Positions 9,079-18,994 of a stretch of 61,632 bases of DNA are shown in pieces. Numbering within the stretch: the stretch's first letter is position 1; each line of letters starts with the position of its first letter. The translations under genes were made by a program, and so were the position numbers. The notes beneath the pieces are model-generated. The model was not told where the DNA came from and ran no database searches. It worked only from the letters and a program-made list of their open reading frames with translations. The stretch is from an uncultured Candidatus Saccharibacteria bacterium (GTDB lineage: Bacteria > Patescibacteriota > Minisyncoccia > Phycocordibacterales > UBA6065), in contig CAZBVG010000004.1 in NCBI GenBank assembly GCA_964495425.1, positions 1 to 61,632 on the forward strand. Reading direction: 5' to 3'.

Positions 9079-10302
9079 TCATTTTCTCAATTCTTGTATA
9101 AGCTTTTCACGAAACTGAGCCTCAGTCATTCCAGAGGGTAACAGTATTGTTGTCTCTATTAAAGGATTTTCTGACATAACCGTATGTGATGGATTCAAAA
9201 GACGAATAAAGCCAGAAACCGATCGTATGCCTAGTGTTCTGAGAAGAATACGAATGCTTGAGTGAGGCGCAATAATCGTATCTTGAGGAAAAACCTTTCT
9301 ATCGCCTCCTGTCTCAAGCGACCAGCCTCCTATGTTTAACTCATTTCCATCGGCATTCTCGATTACAATTGATGCCGCATCAACATATTCGAGCGATACT
9401 TGCGGTGAAACAATCTTGACTTTAACTTTTGAAACGGCACTCGCTCCGCCAATTGAACTATTTAAAACCACGATATACTCGCCGGGATACTCATAGGTAT
9501 GTGATACAAACTGGCCGCTTGTAATAGAACCGTCTCCCCATGTCCAGACATGAGCGGCAGCATTCCCCACCGGAATATGATTCATGTGTGAAATCTTTGC
9601 TTCAAACGAAAGCGGCACGCCCACAAAACCTATACGCGGCCTGCCTGATGTGACAATCAATTCTGGAGCATCAAAAGAAACATTTGCTATGGCCTGATTA
9701 GCATGTGTCGAACTGGGATCAGGATTCTTTGTTGTTGATGTTATATCATTCCCTGTATCCTCATTGGGAGACGGGAGCGGTGTATCAGACTGTGTCTGTG
9801 ACGTACCTAAACCCGGTGTTGGAGCCGCTGCTATCCAAGATCCCTGAGATGTTTTTTGCAGACTCATACCATCACCCCGTGCACCGATTTCTCCTGAATA
9901 GGTAACCGAGTCGGTATCTGCCCCACTTTCGTTTCGCAACACTACTGTCTCTCCATCATTTCCAAGTGAGAAAACGGAATCAAAAACGAGGCCGGAAAAT
10001 CCGGAATAATCCTCAAGAAACTTTGCAGGAACATCTGAAATAATCGCGTAGCCTTGAGGAGGGATGTGTTGCGAGCCAACTGGGGTAAGTTTATGTGCCA
10101 CATTCCCCTCGAACAATTTCCACGCTGATAGATCCACCGTTTCATTCCCGTCGTTATAGACCTCAATCCATTCTCTCCCGGTATCCGTACCTTCCACATC
10201 AAACATGATTTCGGTTATGTAAACTCCTGCGGATGCAGCCGCAGGCCACATGCACCAGAAACTAATACCCAAAACAAATACGCCTATATATTTTGATCTC
10301 AT
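9079..10302 (-). CDS. Secreted lamin-tail-domain (LTD) + PKD + LTD protein
   Basis: It has a signal peptide. ITEIMFDVEGTDTGREWIEVYNDGNETVDLSAWKL is LTD-like. WTWGDGSITSGQFVSHTYEYPGEYIVVLN is PKD-like. IVIENADGNELNIGGWSLE is a second LTD. Confidence 0.8.
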   Translation of the reverse strand: MRSKYIGVFVLGISFWCMWPAAASAGVYITEIMFDVEGTDTGREWIEVYNDGNETVDLSAWKLFEGNVAHKLTPVGSQHIPPQGYAIISDVPAKFLEDYSGFSGLVFDSVFSLGNDGETVVLRNESGADTDSVTYSGEIGARGDGMSLQKTSQGSWIAAAPTPGLGTSQTQSDTPLPSPNEDTGNDITSTTKNPDPSSTHANQAIANVSFDAPELIVTSGRPRIGFVGVPLSFEAKISHMNHIPVGNAAAHVWTWGDGSITSGQFVSHTYEYPGEYIVVLNSSIGGASAVSKVKVKIVSPQVSLEYVDAASIVIENADGNELNIGGWSLETGGDRKVFPQDTIIAPHSSIRILLRTLGIRSVSGFIRLLNPSHTVMSENPLIETTILLPSGMTEAQFREKLIQELRK

Positions 10303-10347
10303 ACCGCCATCTTTTCACACGGCGATAAAGAAAACGTAAACGCAGTG

Positions 10348-11301
10348 TTAGTAAACTATCTGATCAACAATAAGTCCCGCTTTGTCGTAGAGTGTAATCG
10401 TATCGCGTCTTGAAGCCCACATCTCCCTTCCCTTACCGAGGAAAATGCGCCATCTTTTCTGTTCAAAATCTGCATCGTACTGATGAATCGCAACACACGA
10501 AGGATAATTGAATCGTACTTTCATAAAGTTCTTACACACACTTGTCTGCTCATCAAACTTTTTCTTATCGTCTCGTTCCGGATCCTCACACCGTGAGAGT
10601 CGTGACATATAGTCATAGCACTGATCAGTGACGGTTTGTATCTGTGGGTCATTTTTTGGATACGGACATGCTTTTGTAAGACTTGGTGTAAACGGATATA
10701 CCTTCAAATATCCAGTACATACATTTTCTTTAAAGCTTAGTGGAATCGAAAAGGAATACTGTGTAAATGGACCGCCGGTTGTAACATAAGCAGTTTCTCC
10801 TCTCCCTAGCACAATATTGCTTGCCACCTGTTTACCATTCGGATTAAGAAACTCTGTTCCCTGACCAATGATTGCCACATCTGCCGTCGGGTAAAAATAG
10901 CTGTTGCCGGAGTTCTCGATTGGCTTTGTCCCTTTCCCGTTAGTGAGAACCCATCCGGTTATATTTACTGGATCTCCTGAGTTACGAATAATGACATGCT
11001 CCTCATATGGCTGTGCCGTATTTACGTTTCCTTTTGAAAGACTCACCTTTGCTGCATATGGTGACGTATTTTTGTTTATGGTCGTACCCGATCGCGGGCT
11101 ATTTATACTTCCACCTTGTCCCAAGTCTATAAGTGAATTTGGTCGATACGTAGTGGTGCCTCCCTTTGGAGTAAGATTAGAAAATCCATTAAAGCTACCC
11201 GGCGTCACTTTAGACAAAGCGCCGACTGTTATGAGTAATACAGCTGCCCCTATTACCACAACAACAAGGGATTTTATAAAACCTTTACTCGTCTGTTTCA
11301 T
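10348..11301 (-). CDS. Membrane-anchored LTD-like protein with a C-terminal six-cysteine domain (paralog of 50465-51436)
   Basis: I prefer the start MKQTSKGF at 11301. There is a TM anchor, an LTD-like IIRNSGDPVNITGWVL segment, and a C-terminal CTGYL...CPYP...C...C...C...NYPSC...WRIFL...Y domain. Confidence 0.75.
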   Translation of the reverse strand: MKQTSKGFIKSLVVVVIGAAVLLITVGALSKVTPGSFNGFSNLTPKGGTTTYRPNSLIDLGQGGSINSPRSGTTINKNTSPYAAKVSLSKGNVNTAQPYEEHVIIRNSGDPVNITGWVLTNGKGTKPIENSGNSYFYPTADVAIIGQGTEFLNPNGKQVASNIVLGRGETAYVTTGGPFTQYSFSIPLSFKENVCTGYLKVYPFTPSLTKACPYPKNDPQIQTVTDQCYDYMSRLSRCEDPERDDKKKFDEQTSVCKNFMKVRFNYPSCVAIHQYDADFEQKRWRIFLGKGREMWASRRDTITLYDKAGLIVDQIVY

Positions 11302-11417
11302 GCCTTTTATTATACCCCAAACCAGAACCCGCAAAGCAAAAGCCGCATCTTGCGATGCGGCTTTTACCGAGACGTTAAGTAAAACCTTTCGATTCGACTT
11401 GAGTCGCTACACTACCG

Positions 11418-13352
11418 TTAAGGAAGTGATACTGTTGATGTTCTCCACTCTGACTTGTTAGTCATAGAAGTTGAGTTTGCGTATCCAACAGTTGAGTTAT
11501 ACCATCGGAAACCGTTGATCTGAACAGCGTATGTATTAGCTGATGAACCAGCGATTGTGAACTGAACAGTTACAGGAATCTGTACTGAGTTGTTCTTCGC
11601 GAGGGTAAAGTTTTCACCTGAGGTTGTTACACCTGATGAAGGTACTGAGTACGATACGATAGCGTTAGTACCACCTGCAGCAACTGCTGAAAGTGCACCA
11701 GCTGAAGCACCGTTTCGGTAAGCAGCGAGCCATGTTGTGGTTGTCGTTGCTGAACCGTTTGTACCGAACATAGTTGTCGTAGAAGCTGTTGAGCCGAAGA
11801 CAATGTCTCCACCCATAGCTGTTACGTTAACTGTGAAGTTAGCTGAACCAGTTGATGTCGCAACACCTGAAGTATCGTTTGAAGATACTGAGGTTCGAGT
11901 CATCGTAGGTGTACCAACGAGAGCGAATACAGGTCCGATTGATCGGATTGTCATGTTTTCACCTGATGGTGTACCTGAGTCAGCAACAGTTGTTCCCTGA
12001 TTGTTCTCAGCTGTGATAGATGTTACCGCAGCAGAGATCGTAGTAGCAGTCTCATCTGCTTCTCGGATGTCAGCCTTAACCGTGAGGGTCTTGGTTGAAT
12101 CCTTAGCGACAATGAGGTTATCGATATCATCGAATGTTGCTACACCGCTAGCACCTACAGATTCGCTCTGGATGAGTGTTGAACCATCGTAGAGGTAAAC
12201 CGTAGTTGTAGTTGCGTGGGTAGGAGCGCTGTTCGTGATGGTGATCGAAAGGTCTGTAACCTCTACATCAGCCTTGTTTGCACGAAGGTCGAATGCGAGG
12301 AGAGAGAGCTTGTCGAGCTCATCGTTGTTAGCACCGTTTGATGCAACAACATCAGAAGCCTTGAAGTTTGCTGAGTTAACAGAAGCGTCAAGAGTTGCTG
12401 AATCGAGGAGGCTGCCTGAGATCGAAACTGACTGTGAGAACGAAGAAACAGGACCGTACTGGTCAATGCCAGCACCGTCAATGCCTCGTACGCCATCAGC
12501 AGGAAGAGTGATCGTTCGTGAAGTCTGATCAGCTACCTTGATAGAGCTGTATACGTCCATCTTGATCCAGAGGTTCTTTGTAGAATCCTTTGGAACGTTG
12601 TAGCTGAAGCCACCGAGGGTGAGGTAGTATCGGCCTGAATCCTTCACAACGGTGTTTGAGTTAAGGTCTGCCTGAGCGAGAACCTTTCCTGAATCATCGG
12701 TGAGGTAAGCAGTCTTGTATACCTTTGTGTAGATTGAAGTATCGGTACCGAGGTCAATCTTAACTCGCTGAACATTGATGTCAGAAAGCTTAGCCTGAAC
12801 CTTTACGCCCAATACTGCATGCATTGAGTCACCTTCGTAAACTGTAGAGTTTGAGATTGAAGTCTTGTCTACAGTGATGGTGCCTTCAACACCTGAGTTA
12901 ACAACAGGAGTTGAACCTCCAGTTGTTCCACCAGTTGTACCGGTTGATGCTGATCCGTTAAGTGCAGCTCGTGTGAGTGGACCTACGTAACCAGTTGTAG
13001 CGATACCCTTTGATGCCTGGTATGACTGAACAGCTGCCTTGGTGATTGAACCAAAGTAACCAGTTGCAGGAGATACCTTGAGCACGTTCTGGAGAGCTGT
13101 AACATCAGCACCTGAAGAACCTACAGTGAGGTCTCGAGTGAAGGTAACAGAAGCTGTTGAAGCTACTGCTGCCTTTGCTGCTGCTGCTTTGTCAGAAGGG
13201 ATAATGTTAAGGGAAATAAGAAGGTCAATGAGCTGTGATGCAGTCAATGCCTGTGCAGAAGCTGTTGAAGCTCCTACTGCTGCGAAGACTGTGAGCACGA
13301 GTGAGAGACCCACTACTGCTGCAACAACCTTCGAAGTTGATGATTTTATCAT
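11418..13352 (-). CDS. Large secreted surface protein with an N-terminal peptidoglycan-binding domain (S-layer-like candidate)
   Basis: It has a signal peptide ending ASA-QA. A PG_binding_1-like segment reads GSSGADVTALQNVLKV...GYFGSITKAAVQSYQASKGIATTGYVGPLTRAAL. About 500 aa of Thr/Ser/Val-rich beta-type sequence follows. Confidence 0.8.
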   Translation of the reverse strand: MIKSSTSKVVAAVVGLSLVLTVFAAVGASTASAQALTASQLIDLLISLNIIPSDKAAAAKAAVASTASVTFTRDLTVGSSGADVTALQNVLKVSPATGYFGSITKAAVQSYQASKGIATTGYVGPLTRAALNGSASTGTTGGTTGGSTPVVNSGVEGTITVDKTSISNSTVYEGDSMHAVLGVKVQAKLSDINVQRVKIDLGTDTSIYTKVYKTAYLTDDSGKVLAQADLNSNTVVKDSGRYYLTLGGFSYNVPKDSTKNLWIKMDVYSSIKVADQTSRTITLPADGVRGIDGAGIDQYGPVSSFSQSVSISGSLLDSATLDASVNSANFKASDVVASNGANNDELDKLSLLAFDLRANKADVEVTDLSITITNSAPTHATTTTVYLYDGSTLIQSESVGASGVATFDDIDNLIVAKDSTKTLTVKADIREADETATTISAAVTSITAENNQGTTVADSGTPSGENMTIRSIGPVFALVGTPTMTRTSVSSNDTSGVATSTGSANFTVNVTAMGGDIVFGSTASTTTMFGTNGSATTTTTWLAAYRNGASAGALSAVAAGGTNAIVSYSVPSSGVTTSGENFTLAKNNSVQIPVTVQFTIAGSSANTYAVQINGFRWYNSTVGYANSTSMTNKSEWRTSTVSLP

Positions 13353-13742
13353 TTTTGTGTGTACTTCTAGTAATGATGAAACTGAGGAAAGACTTTGACT
13401 AATAAAAAATGCTTTCCGGTTTCCTTCTAATCAATAATCGCACTTCCCTCCGCGCTTCGACAGCGTGATGGAAGGAAATGTGGAGCTAAACATTTTTTAA
13501 GTGTTTAACTCCTGACTATTGCTGGATTTATTTTCCCAGCACTTTATTTTCGAAATCGTTTTGAGTTCTTCAAAAACAAAGTGCTGGGTCGACACAAACC
13601 CAAGCGATAGTTGTAAGGAATGAATGGAATGTCTGAAATGCAGAATACTGTCCGGAACGAATTCTGAGTTCGGAGTTTAAATCGCTATTCGGTTTTCAAG
13701 GACCGATAGTAAGGTCGTGTTCTGACTTTCTGTAACCCGTTA

Positions 13743-13771
13743 ATTATATAGGTCCCGGGAATGCCCGTAAA
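13743..13771 (-). promoter_or_regulatory. Candidate promoter for the surface-protein gene
   Basis: On the minus strand: TTTACG (rc of 13766-13771), a 17-nt spacer, then TATAAT (rc of 13743-13748). This implies a 5' UTR of about 384 nt. Confidence 0.45.
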
Positions 13772-13957
13772 ACCTATAAATGTGGATAAACGAAACTAGG
13801 CAACCAATAAGCTGTTGAAAACAGCGTTTTTAGGCCATATTTCTCGGGTATGTACCACACATATATAGTATACGAAAATCAGCCTAAAATCAAGCTATTC
13901 CATAGATACCGACGGATGAGAATCCCTATTCTTACAGGGTCCCAAAACAGGCTTATT

Positions 13958-14803
13958 TTAAGCCAAAGAATAGGTGCTCCAGCGGCGTTCCCCTTCCTTT
14001 TTGATAGTTCCGCTTGCCACCATCGCAAGAAGCTCTCTTTGAATGGTTTTGGCACTTACACCCTTAATACTGTCTGCAAAATCGTTAATGCTGAGACCTG
14101 ATTTCTTGCTAAGAAGCTTCATGATAATAGCCTGGCGATCATTTTTGGAATCCGGCGCATGTGAAGCCTTATGCTGGATGTCCTTTACTGGCAAGTACTC
14201 TTTCTTTGCTGTCTGCGCTTCTTCTCGAGGAGAGTGTGGTGTGTATGATGTTTGCTGTCCTTTATGACTTACACTTGGGGTCGTAGGAATTTCTGGTGCA
14301 GCATACGCGTTGTCCTTTTGAGGGAATTGCTCCGGTTTTGGTACATCAAAAAATCCTGGATGAAGGACAACCGTCTCTTCATTTGCTTTCTTATTCTCAT
14401 CTTTTTCGATCATTGAAACGAGATTCGTGAACTCACGTGAAAGAATATCGCAGTTCATTTCAGATATGAGACCTGAATGCTTTGCAATTCCAGAAAGCGA
14501 GACTATCTCCAATGAAAGTGCCTGATACTCTTTTATGAGATCCTTTCGCTCAGACAAAGAAACGGTGTTAAATGCAATATTGAGCGCCAAAAGTGAGAGC
14601 GCGTTTTCTCGAATTTTCCATTTCAATGGCTCACTGTCCTTTATAAAATTTGTGATCATGTACACCGCAGTTACGAGCTTTTCGGTCTTCTTGTAGATGT
14701 ATGCAAAATGAGCATTCTGATTGAACAAAACCAAGCCACTCACATCCACATGTGATTGTGCTGCTGCGAGATGTCTTTTTTCGTTGTGGGGTGTTCCTTC
14801 CAT
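13958..14803 (-). CDS. Putative DNA-binding protein with a C-terminal winged HTH
   Basis: The C-terminus RQAIIMKLLSKKSGLSINDFADSIKGVSAKTIQRELLAMVASGTIKKEGERRWSTYSL is DeoR/MarR-like. The N-terminal half is helical. Confidence 0.65.
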   Translation of the reverse strand: MEGTPHNEKRHLAAAQSHVDVSGLVLFNQNAHFAYIYKKTEKLVTAVYMITNFIKDSEPLKWKIRENALSLLALNIAFNTVSLSERKDLIKEYQALSLEIVSLSGIAKHSGLISEMNCDILSREFTNLVSMIEKDENKKANEETVVLHPGFFDVPKPEQFPQKDNAYAAPEIPTTPSVSHKGQQTSYTPHSPREEAQTAKKEYLPVKDIQHKASHAPDSKNDRQAIIMKLLSKKSGLSINDFADSIKGVSAKTIQRELLAMVASGTIKKEGERRWSTYSLA

Positions 14804-14835
14804 GATATCTATATAAAATAAGCTTTATTTGAGAT

Positions 14836-14909
14836 TGTCTTTTATGTGAGTCCTTTAAATTCGTTACCTGGATCACATATCTTGTCCTTTAAATAATATG
14901 TCTTTTATG
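14836..14909. repeat. Two 11-mers, each present twice, in A-B...B-A order
   Basis: A = TGTCTTTTATG at 14836-14846 and 14899-14909. B = GTCCTTTAAAT at 14850-14860 and 14884-14894. They lie in the divergent region between the wHTH gene and ftsK. Confidence 0.7.
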
Positions 14910-15113
14910 AAACTTTGTCAACTTTTGCTGTCCATTATGAGCTGTCATTAAAAGGACGTAAAGGGCAAATGTCATGTCCGAAACAAATCAAATTTGCTGT
15001 AAAGATACCCTACCGCAGGACGGCTACACTGACACACAATTTAGTAGACATCTCTTACTGTTTTTTTGTTAGTAAAAAGATGATTTTGGAAAATGGTATA
15101 ATTGCATGCATCT

Positions 15114-17360
15114 ATGGCTAAAAAGAAAAAGTTTGAAGAGGAAGATATTGAGGAAGAAAAACCGACGAGACGCAAAACCAAGCAAGGATTCGTACGGAAT
15201 CTAAAGGACGAGACTATACAGGGAGTATCTGCAGTAGCTTTCTTTGTCTTGGCTGTTTTTATGTCACTTGCGATCTGGGAGAAAGCTGGAATTGCTGGCT
15301 ACTACACATTCAAAGGACTCTCCTTTTTACTCGGCGTTGGTTACTACCTCCTACCCCTTATATTCGTAGTCTTGGGAATTACCTTTCTTAGAAATCTTCA
15401 CCAGAGATTTGATATGGCGAAAATCTACGGAGCGACACTCTTCCTGGTATCAACTCTCGCCATCATTGAGATAGTATCGGCCGACCAAAGCGGTGGTCTC
15501 ATTGGTCGCTGGGTCTCTTATCCTTTAGTTACACTTTTTGATTCATCGGCAAGCCTCATCTTTTTGGGTGCCCTTGTCATGATTTCAGTACTCATTGCCT
15601 TCAATGAGGAACTCGACCTTAAATCACTTCTTTCATTTAAGAAGAAAAAAGATGATGAGGAAGATGAAGATGCTGATGTTGATATAAAACTATCGATGCC
15701 TATTGAAGAAGAGGTTAAGAAGAAAGAGGAACCGAAGCTCGATAAAATGAAGGACGTAAAACCAGTTACGAGCGTTAAGGTTACCCAACCTGAAAGTGAC
15801 GAGGCTAAAGACTTCATCAAACCAATACGAGATATAGAAAAGGAGTACACGCCTCCCCCACTTTCACTTCTTGAGAGAGATAAAGGTAAGCCAGTGGTAG
15901 GTGACATCAAAGCAAACGCAAACATCATCAAGCGAACCCTCGCAAACTTCGGTATTGATGTTGAAATGGATGAAGTGTCTATTGGACCATCAGTTACCCG
16001 CTATGCCCTAAAACCAGCCGAAGGAGTGAAGCTTTCTCGTATTTCTGCACTCCAAGACAACCTCGCCCTCGCTCTTGCCGCGTCATCAATTCGTATCGAA
16101 GCACCTATTCCAGGAAAATCCCTCGTTGGTATTGAGATTCCAAATACCACCAAGACAATGCTTGGTCTTGGATCTCTTTTCTCTGCAGAAGAGTTTCAAA
16201 CATCAGAAAAACCCCTTCTTACCTCTCTTGGTAAGGGAATCTCAGGTAAATCTCACTTCGCAAACGTGGCAAAGATGCCTCACCTTCTCATTGCCGGCGC
16301 TACTGGCTCAGGAAAATCAGTGACCATTCACGCATTGATTGTCTCGCTACTCTATCGACTCTCTCCGGTAAAGCTCAAATTCATCATGATCGACCCGAAA
16401 CGTGTTGAGCTTACTCTCTACAACAAGATTCCCCACCTCCTTACACCAGTTATTACAGACGCTAAAAAGGCCATTCTTTCACTTAAGTGGGCAGCAAAAG
16501 AAATGGATCGACGCTACAACATCCTCCAGGATCACTCTGTTCGCGATATCGATTCCTATCATAAAAACATATACGAACCTTACTTACAGAAGGTAAAGAT
16601 CAATAAAGGCAAAATGGCTGAAGATGAAAAGCCAAAGGATCCAATGCCGTACATTGTTATTATTATCGACGAATTGGCCGACATCATGCAGACATACCCT
16701 CGTGAGCTTGAAGCGGGTATTGTGCGTCTTGCCCAGATGTCACGAGCTGTCGGTATTCACCTCATGCTTTCAACACAACGACCGTCCGTAAACGTTATTA
16801 CGGGTCTCATCAAAGCAAACATCCCCGCTCGACTTGCCCTACAAGTAGCCTCCCAAATTGATTCGCGAACCATTTTGGATCAACCAGGCGCTGAAAAACT
16901 ACTCGGTGCTGGAGATATGCTCTATCTATCTGGCGAAATGTCGAAGCCGACCCGTATTCAGTGTGCTTACATTTCTGAAAACGAAGTAAAAAAGGTTGTT
17001 AAATTCCTTATTGATAGCAACGCAGACCAGCTTACTGATGAAATTAACCTAGCGGATCCTTCACAGACTAATGATAATTCAATCTTCTCTGCTACCCTCG
17101 ATGATGCAGGTGGCGACGATGGAGATGACGATGACATGTACGAAGAGGCGAAAAAAGTGGTGTTGGAAGCTGGAAAAGCATCTACATCATACATTCAACG
17201 AAAACTACGTGTCGGTTATTCACGCGCTGCTCGCCTTATGGATATTCTCGAGAAGCGAGGTGTTATTGGTCCTGCCGATGGTTCAAAGCCCCGCCCCGTT
17301 ATCTTAGGTGGCGCTGCTGCAGAAACAGGTTCTCCACAAGAAAGCGAAGAATCTTTATAA
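15114..17360 (+). CDS. ftsK: DNA translocase FtsK/SpoIIIE
   Basis: N-terminal TM helices, an acidic linker, the Walker A motif IAGATGSGKS, and a C-terminal gamma wHTH (TSYIQRKLRVGYSRAARLMDILE). I prefer the ATG at 15114. Confidence 0.95.
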   Translation: MAKKKKFEEEDIEEEKPTRRKTKQGFVRNLKDETIQGVSAVAFFVLAVFMSLAIWEKAGIAGYYTFKGLSFLLGVGYYLLPLIFVVLGITFLRNLHQRFDMAKIYGATLFLVSTLAIIEIVSADQSGGLIGRWVSYPLVTLFDSSASLIFLGALVMISVLIAFNEELDLKSLLSFKKKKDDEEDEDADVDIKLSMPIEEEVKKKEEPKLDKMKDVKPVTSVKVTQPESDEAKDFIKPIRDIEKEYTPPPLSLLERDKGKPVVGDIKANANIIKRTLANFGIDVEMDEVSIGPSVTRYALKPAEGVKLSRISALQDNLALALAASSIRIEAPIPGKSLVGIEIPNTTKTMLGLGSLFSAEEFQTSEKPLLTSLGKGISGKSHFANVAKMPHLLIAGATGSGKSVTIHALIVSLLYRLSPVKLKFIMIDPKRVELTLYNKIPHLLTPVITDAKKAILSLKWAAKEMDRRYNILQDHSVRDIDSYHKNIYEPYLQKVKINKGKMAEDEKPKDPMPYIVIIIDELADIMQTYPRELEAGIVRLAQMSRAVGIHLMLSTQRPSVNVITGLIKANIPARLALQVASQIDSRTILDQPGAEKLLGAGDMLYLSGEMSKPTRIQCAYISENEVKKVVKFLIDSNADQLTDEINLADPSQTNDNSIFSATLDDAGGDDGDDDDMYEEAKKVVLEAGKASTSYIQRKLRVGYSRAARLMDILEKRGVIGPADGSKPRPVILGGAAAETGSPQESEESL

Positions 17361-17390
17361 TTCCTTTATACATAATCTGAGACACTAGCC

Positions 17391-17744
17391 ATGACCGATC
17401 GCCGCAAAATAAAACAGCTTCTAAAATTCTGGGTTGCCCTCTGTGCACTTGGTGTAGTCATTGGCTACGCTGGATTCCGGGCACATAACCTAGTTGCCGG
17501 ACCAAAACTTATTGTCGAGTCCCCTGCTGATGGCTCCGTTACAGGTAATCCGTACGTAGAAATCAAGGGAACGGTAAAAAACATCTCATTTCTTACCCTT
17601 AACGACAATAAAATTTTCACCGACGAAGCAGGAGTTTGGAACGAGAAAATCCTTCTCTCCTATGGGTATAATGTAGTATCGGTAGAAGCCAAGGATCGGT
17701 TCGGCAGATCGGTGAAGAAAACACTGCAATTAATGTATAAGTAA
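17391..17744 (+). CDS. Membrane-anchored small protein with an Ig-like beta domain
   Basis: 117-aa ORF with an N-terminal TM helix, tightly packed between ftsK and recA. Confidence 0.6.
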   Translation: MTDRRKIKQLLKFWVALCALGVVIGYAGFRAHNLVAGPKLIVESPADGSVTGNPYVEIKGTVKNISFLTLNDNKIFTDEAGVWNEKILLSYGYNVVSVEAKDRFGRSVKKTLQLMYK

Positions 17745-17749
17745 AATAT

Positions 17750-18808
17750 ATGGCAAAAAAAGAAAAGAAAGACACGACAGCAAAAGAGGCCTCTGTAGAA
17801 AGCTCTCCGTCCAAAGAAAGAGTAAATATCGAAGACACCCTTTCTGCAATTAAGACCAAGTTTGGTGATGAAGCCATCATGAAACTTGGGGAAAAACCAA
17901 AAGTTAATGTGAATGCTATTCCAACCGGCTCAATCGGACTCGACGCGGCTTTGGGCATCGGAGGTGTGCCCCGCGGAAGAATCATCGAAATTTTTGGTCC
18001 AGAATCATCTGGTAAAACGACCCTTTCTCTTCACATCATTGCCGAGGCACAAAAACTTGGTGGCATTTGCGCCTTTATTGATGCCGAACATGCTATGGAT
18101 CCGGAATATTCCAAGCGCATAGGTGTAAAAACAGAAGAACTCCTCATTTCTCAGCCAGACACAGGTGAACAAGCACTTGAAATAGTTGAATCCCTCGTAC
18201 GCTCTGGAAAGCTTGATGTAATCGTCATAGACTCAGTTGCCGCTCTTACACCAAAAGATGAAATCGAGGGAGATATGGGTGCGCAACATATGGGTAAACA
18301 GGCTCGCCTTATGTCACAAGCCTTGCGAAAGCTCACAGCAATCACCGCAAAATCAAAAACGGTGGTTATCTTCATCAATCAGATCCGTATGCAAATCGGT
18401 GTCATGTTTGGAAACCCTGAAACTACACCGGGCGGCAAGGCTCTCAAATTCTATACATCAGTTCGCCTTGATATCCGACGTATTGCGCAGATTAAAAAAG
18501 GTGAAGAAGTAGTTGGAGGACGTGTCCGTGTAAAAGTAGTTAAAAATAAAGTCGGCGCACCCTTTAAACAGACTGAATTTGATCTCATGTATAACGAGGG
18601 TATTTCACGTGAAGGTGAAATTATCGCTCTCGGCGAAGTCTACGGCATTATTGGCAAATCAGGTGCATCATACTCTTACTCCCCAGAAGGCGGTGAAAAG
18701 ATTCCCCTCGGTCGTGGATATGACGCAACCAGACAGTTTCTCAAAGAAAGTACCAAAGTTACAAACGAAATCCTTAAAAAGATTCGAGAGAAACTTAAAG
18801 AAATTTAA
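17750..18808 (+). CDS. recA: Recombinase RecA
   Basis: [10 protein letters not shown] Walker A motif and a full-length RecA-like translation. Confidence 0.98.
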   Translation: MAKKEKKDTTAKEASVESSPSKERVNIEDTLSAIKTKFGDEAIMKLGEKPKVNVNAIPTGSIGLDAALGIGGVPRGRIIEIFGPESSGKTTLSLHIIAEAQKLGGICAFIDAEHAMDPEYSKRIGVKTEELLISQPDTGEQALEIVESLVRSGKLDVIVIDSVAALTPKDEIEGDMGAQHMGKQARLMSQALRKLTAITAKSKTVVIFINQIRMQIGVMFGNPETTPGGKALKFYTSVRLDIRRIAQIKKGEEVVGGRVRVKVVKNKVGAPFKQTEFDLMYNEGISREGEIIALGEVYGIIGKSGASYSYSPEGGEKIPLGRGYDATRQFLKESTKVTNEILKKIREKLKEI

Positions 18809-18994
18809 ACCTCGATTTAGGAACTCAAAACCCGCTTCAGATACACCTGAGCGGGTTTTAAGTAAACTTGGTATGCACCGAAGGTTCATACCAAAGACAC
18901 AATAGCCCACCTACATAAAGCAATTCTAAAATTGGACTTTTAGATGACGGTAAGCTAGGATAAAGCCCTATTAAGCCATTATTTTCGCATCATC

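Noticed and set aside
11627-13398. Many 60-106-aa ORFs on both strands inside the 644-aa surface-protein gene. Similar shadow ORFs occur inside ileS, polA, ftsK, metG, glyQS, argS and others.
   Set aside because: They are nested in, or antisense to, long ORFs with clear homology or signal peptides. Their compositions mirror the host-gene codons, so they are treated as shadow ORFs.
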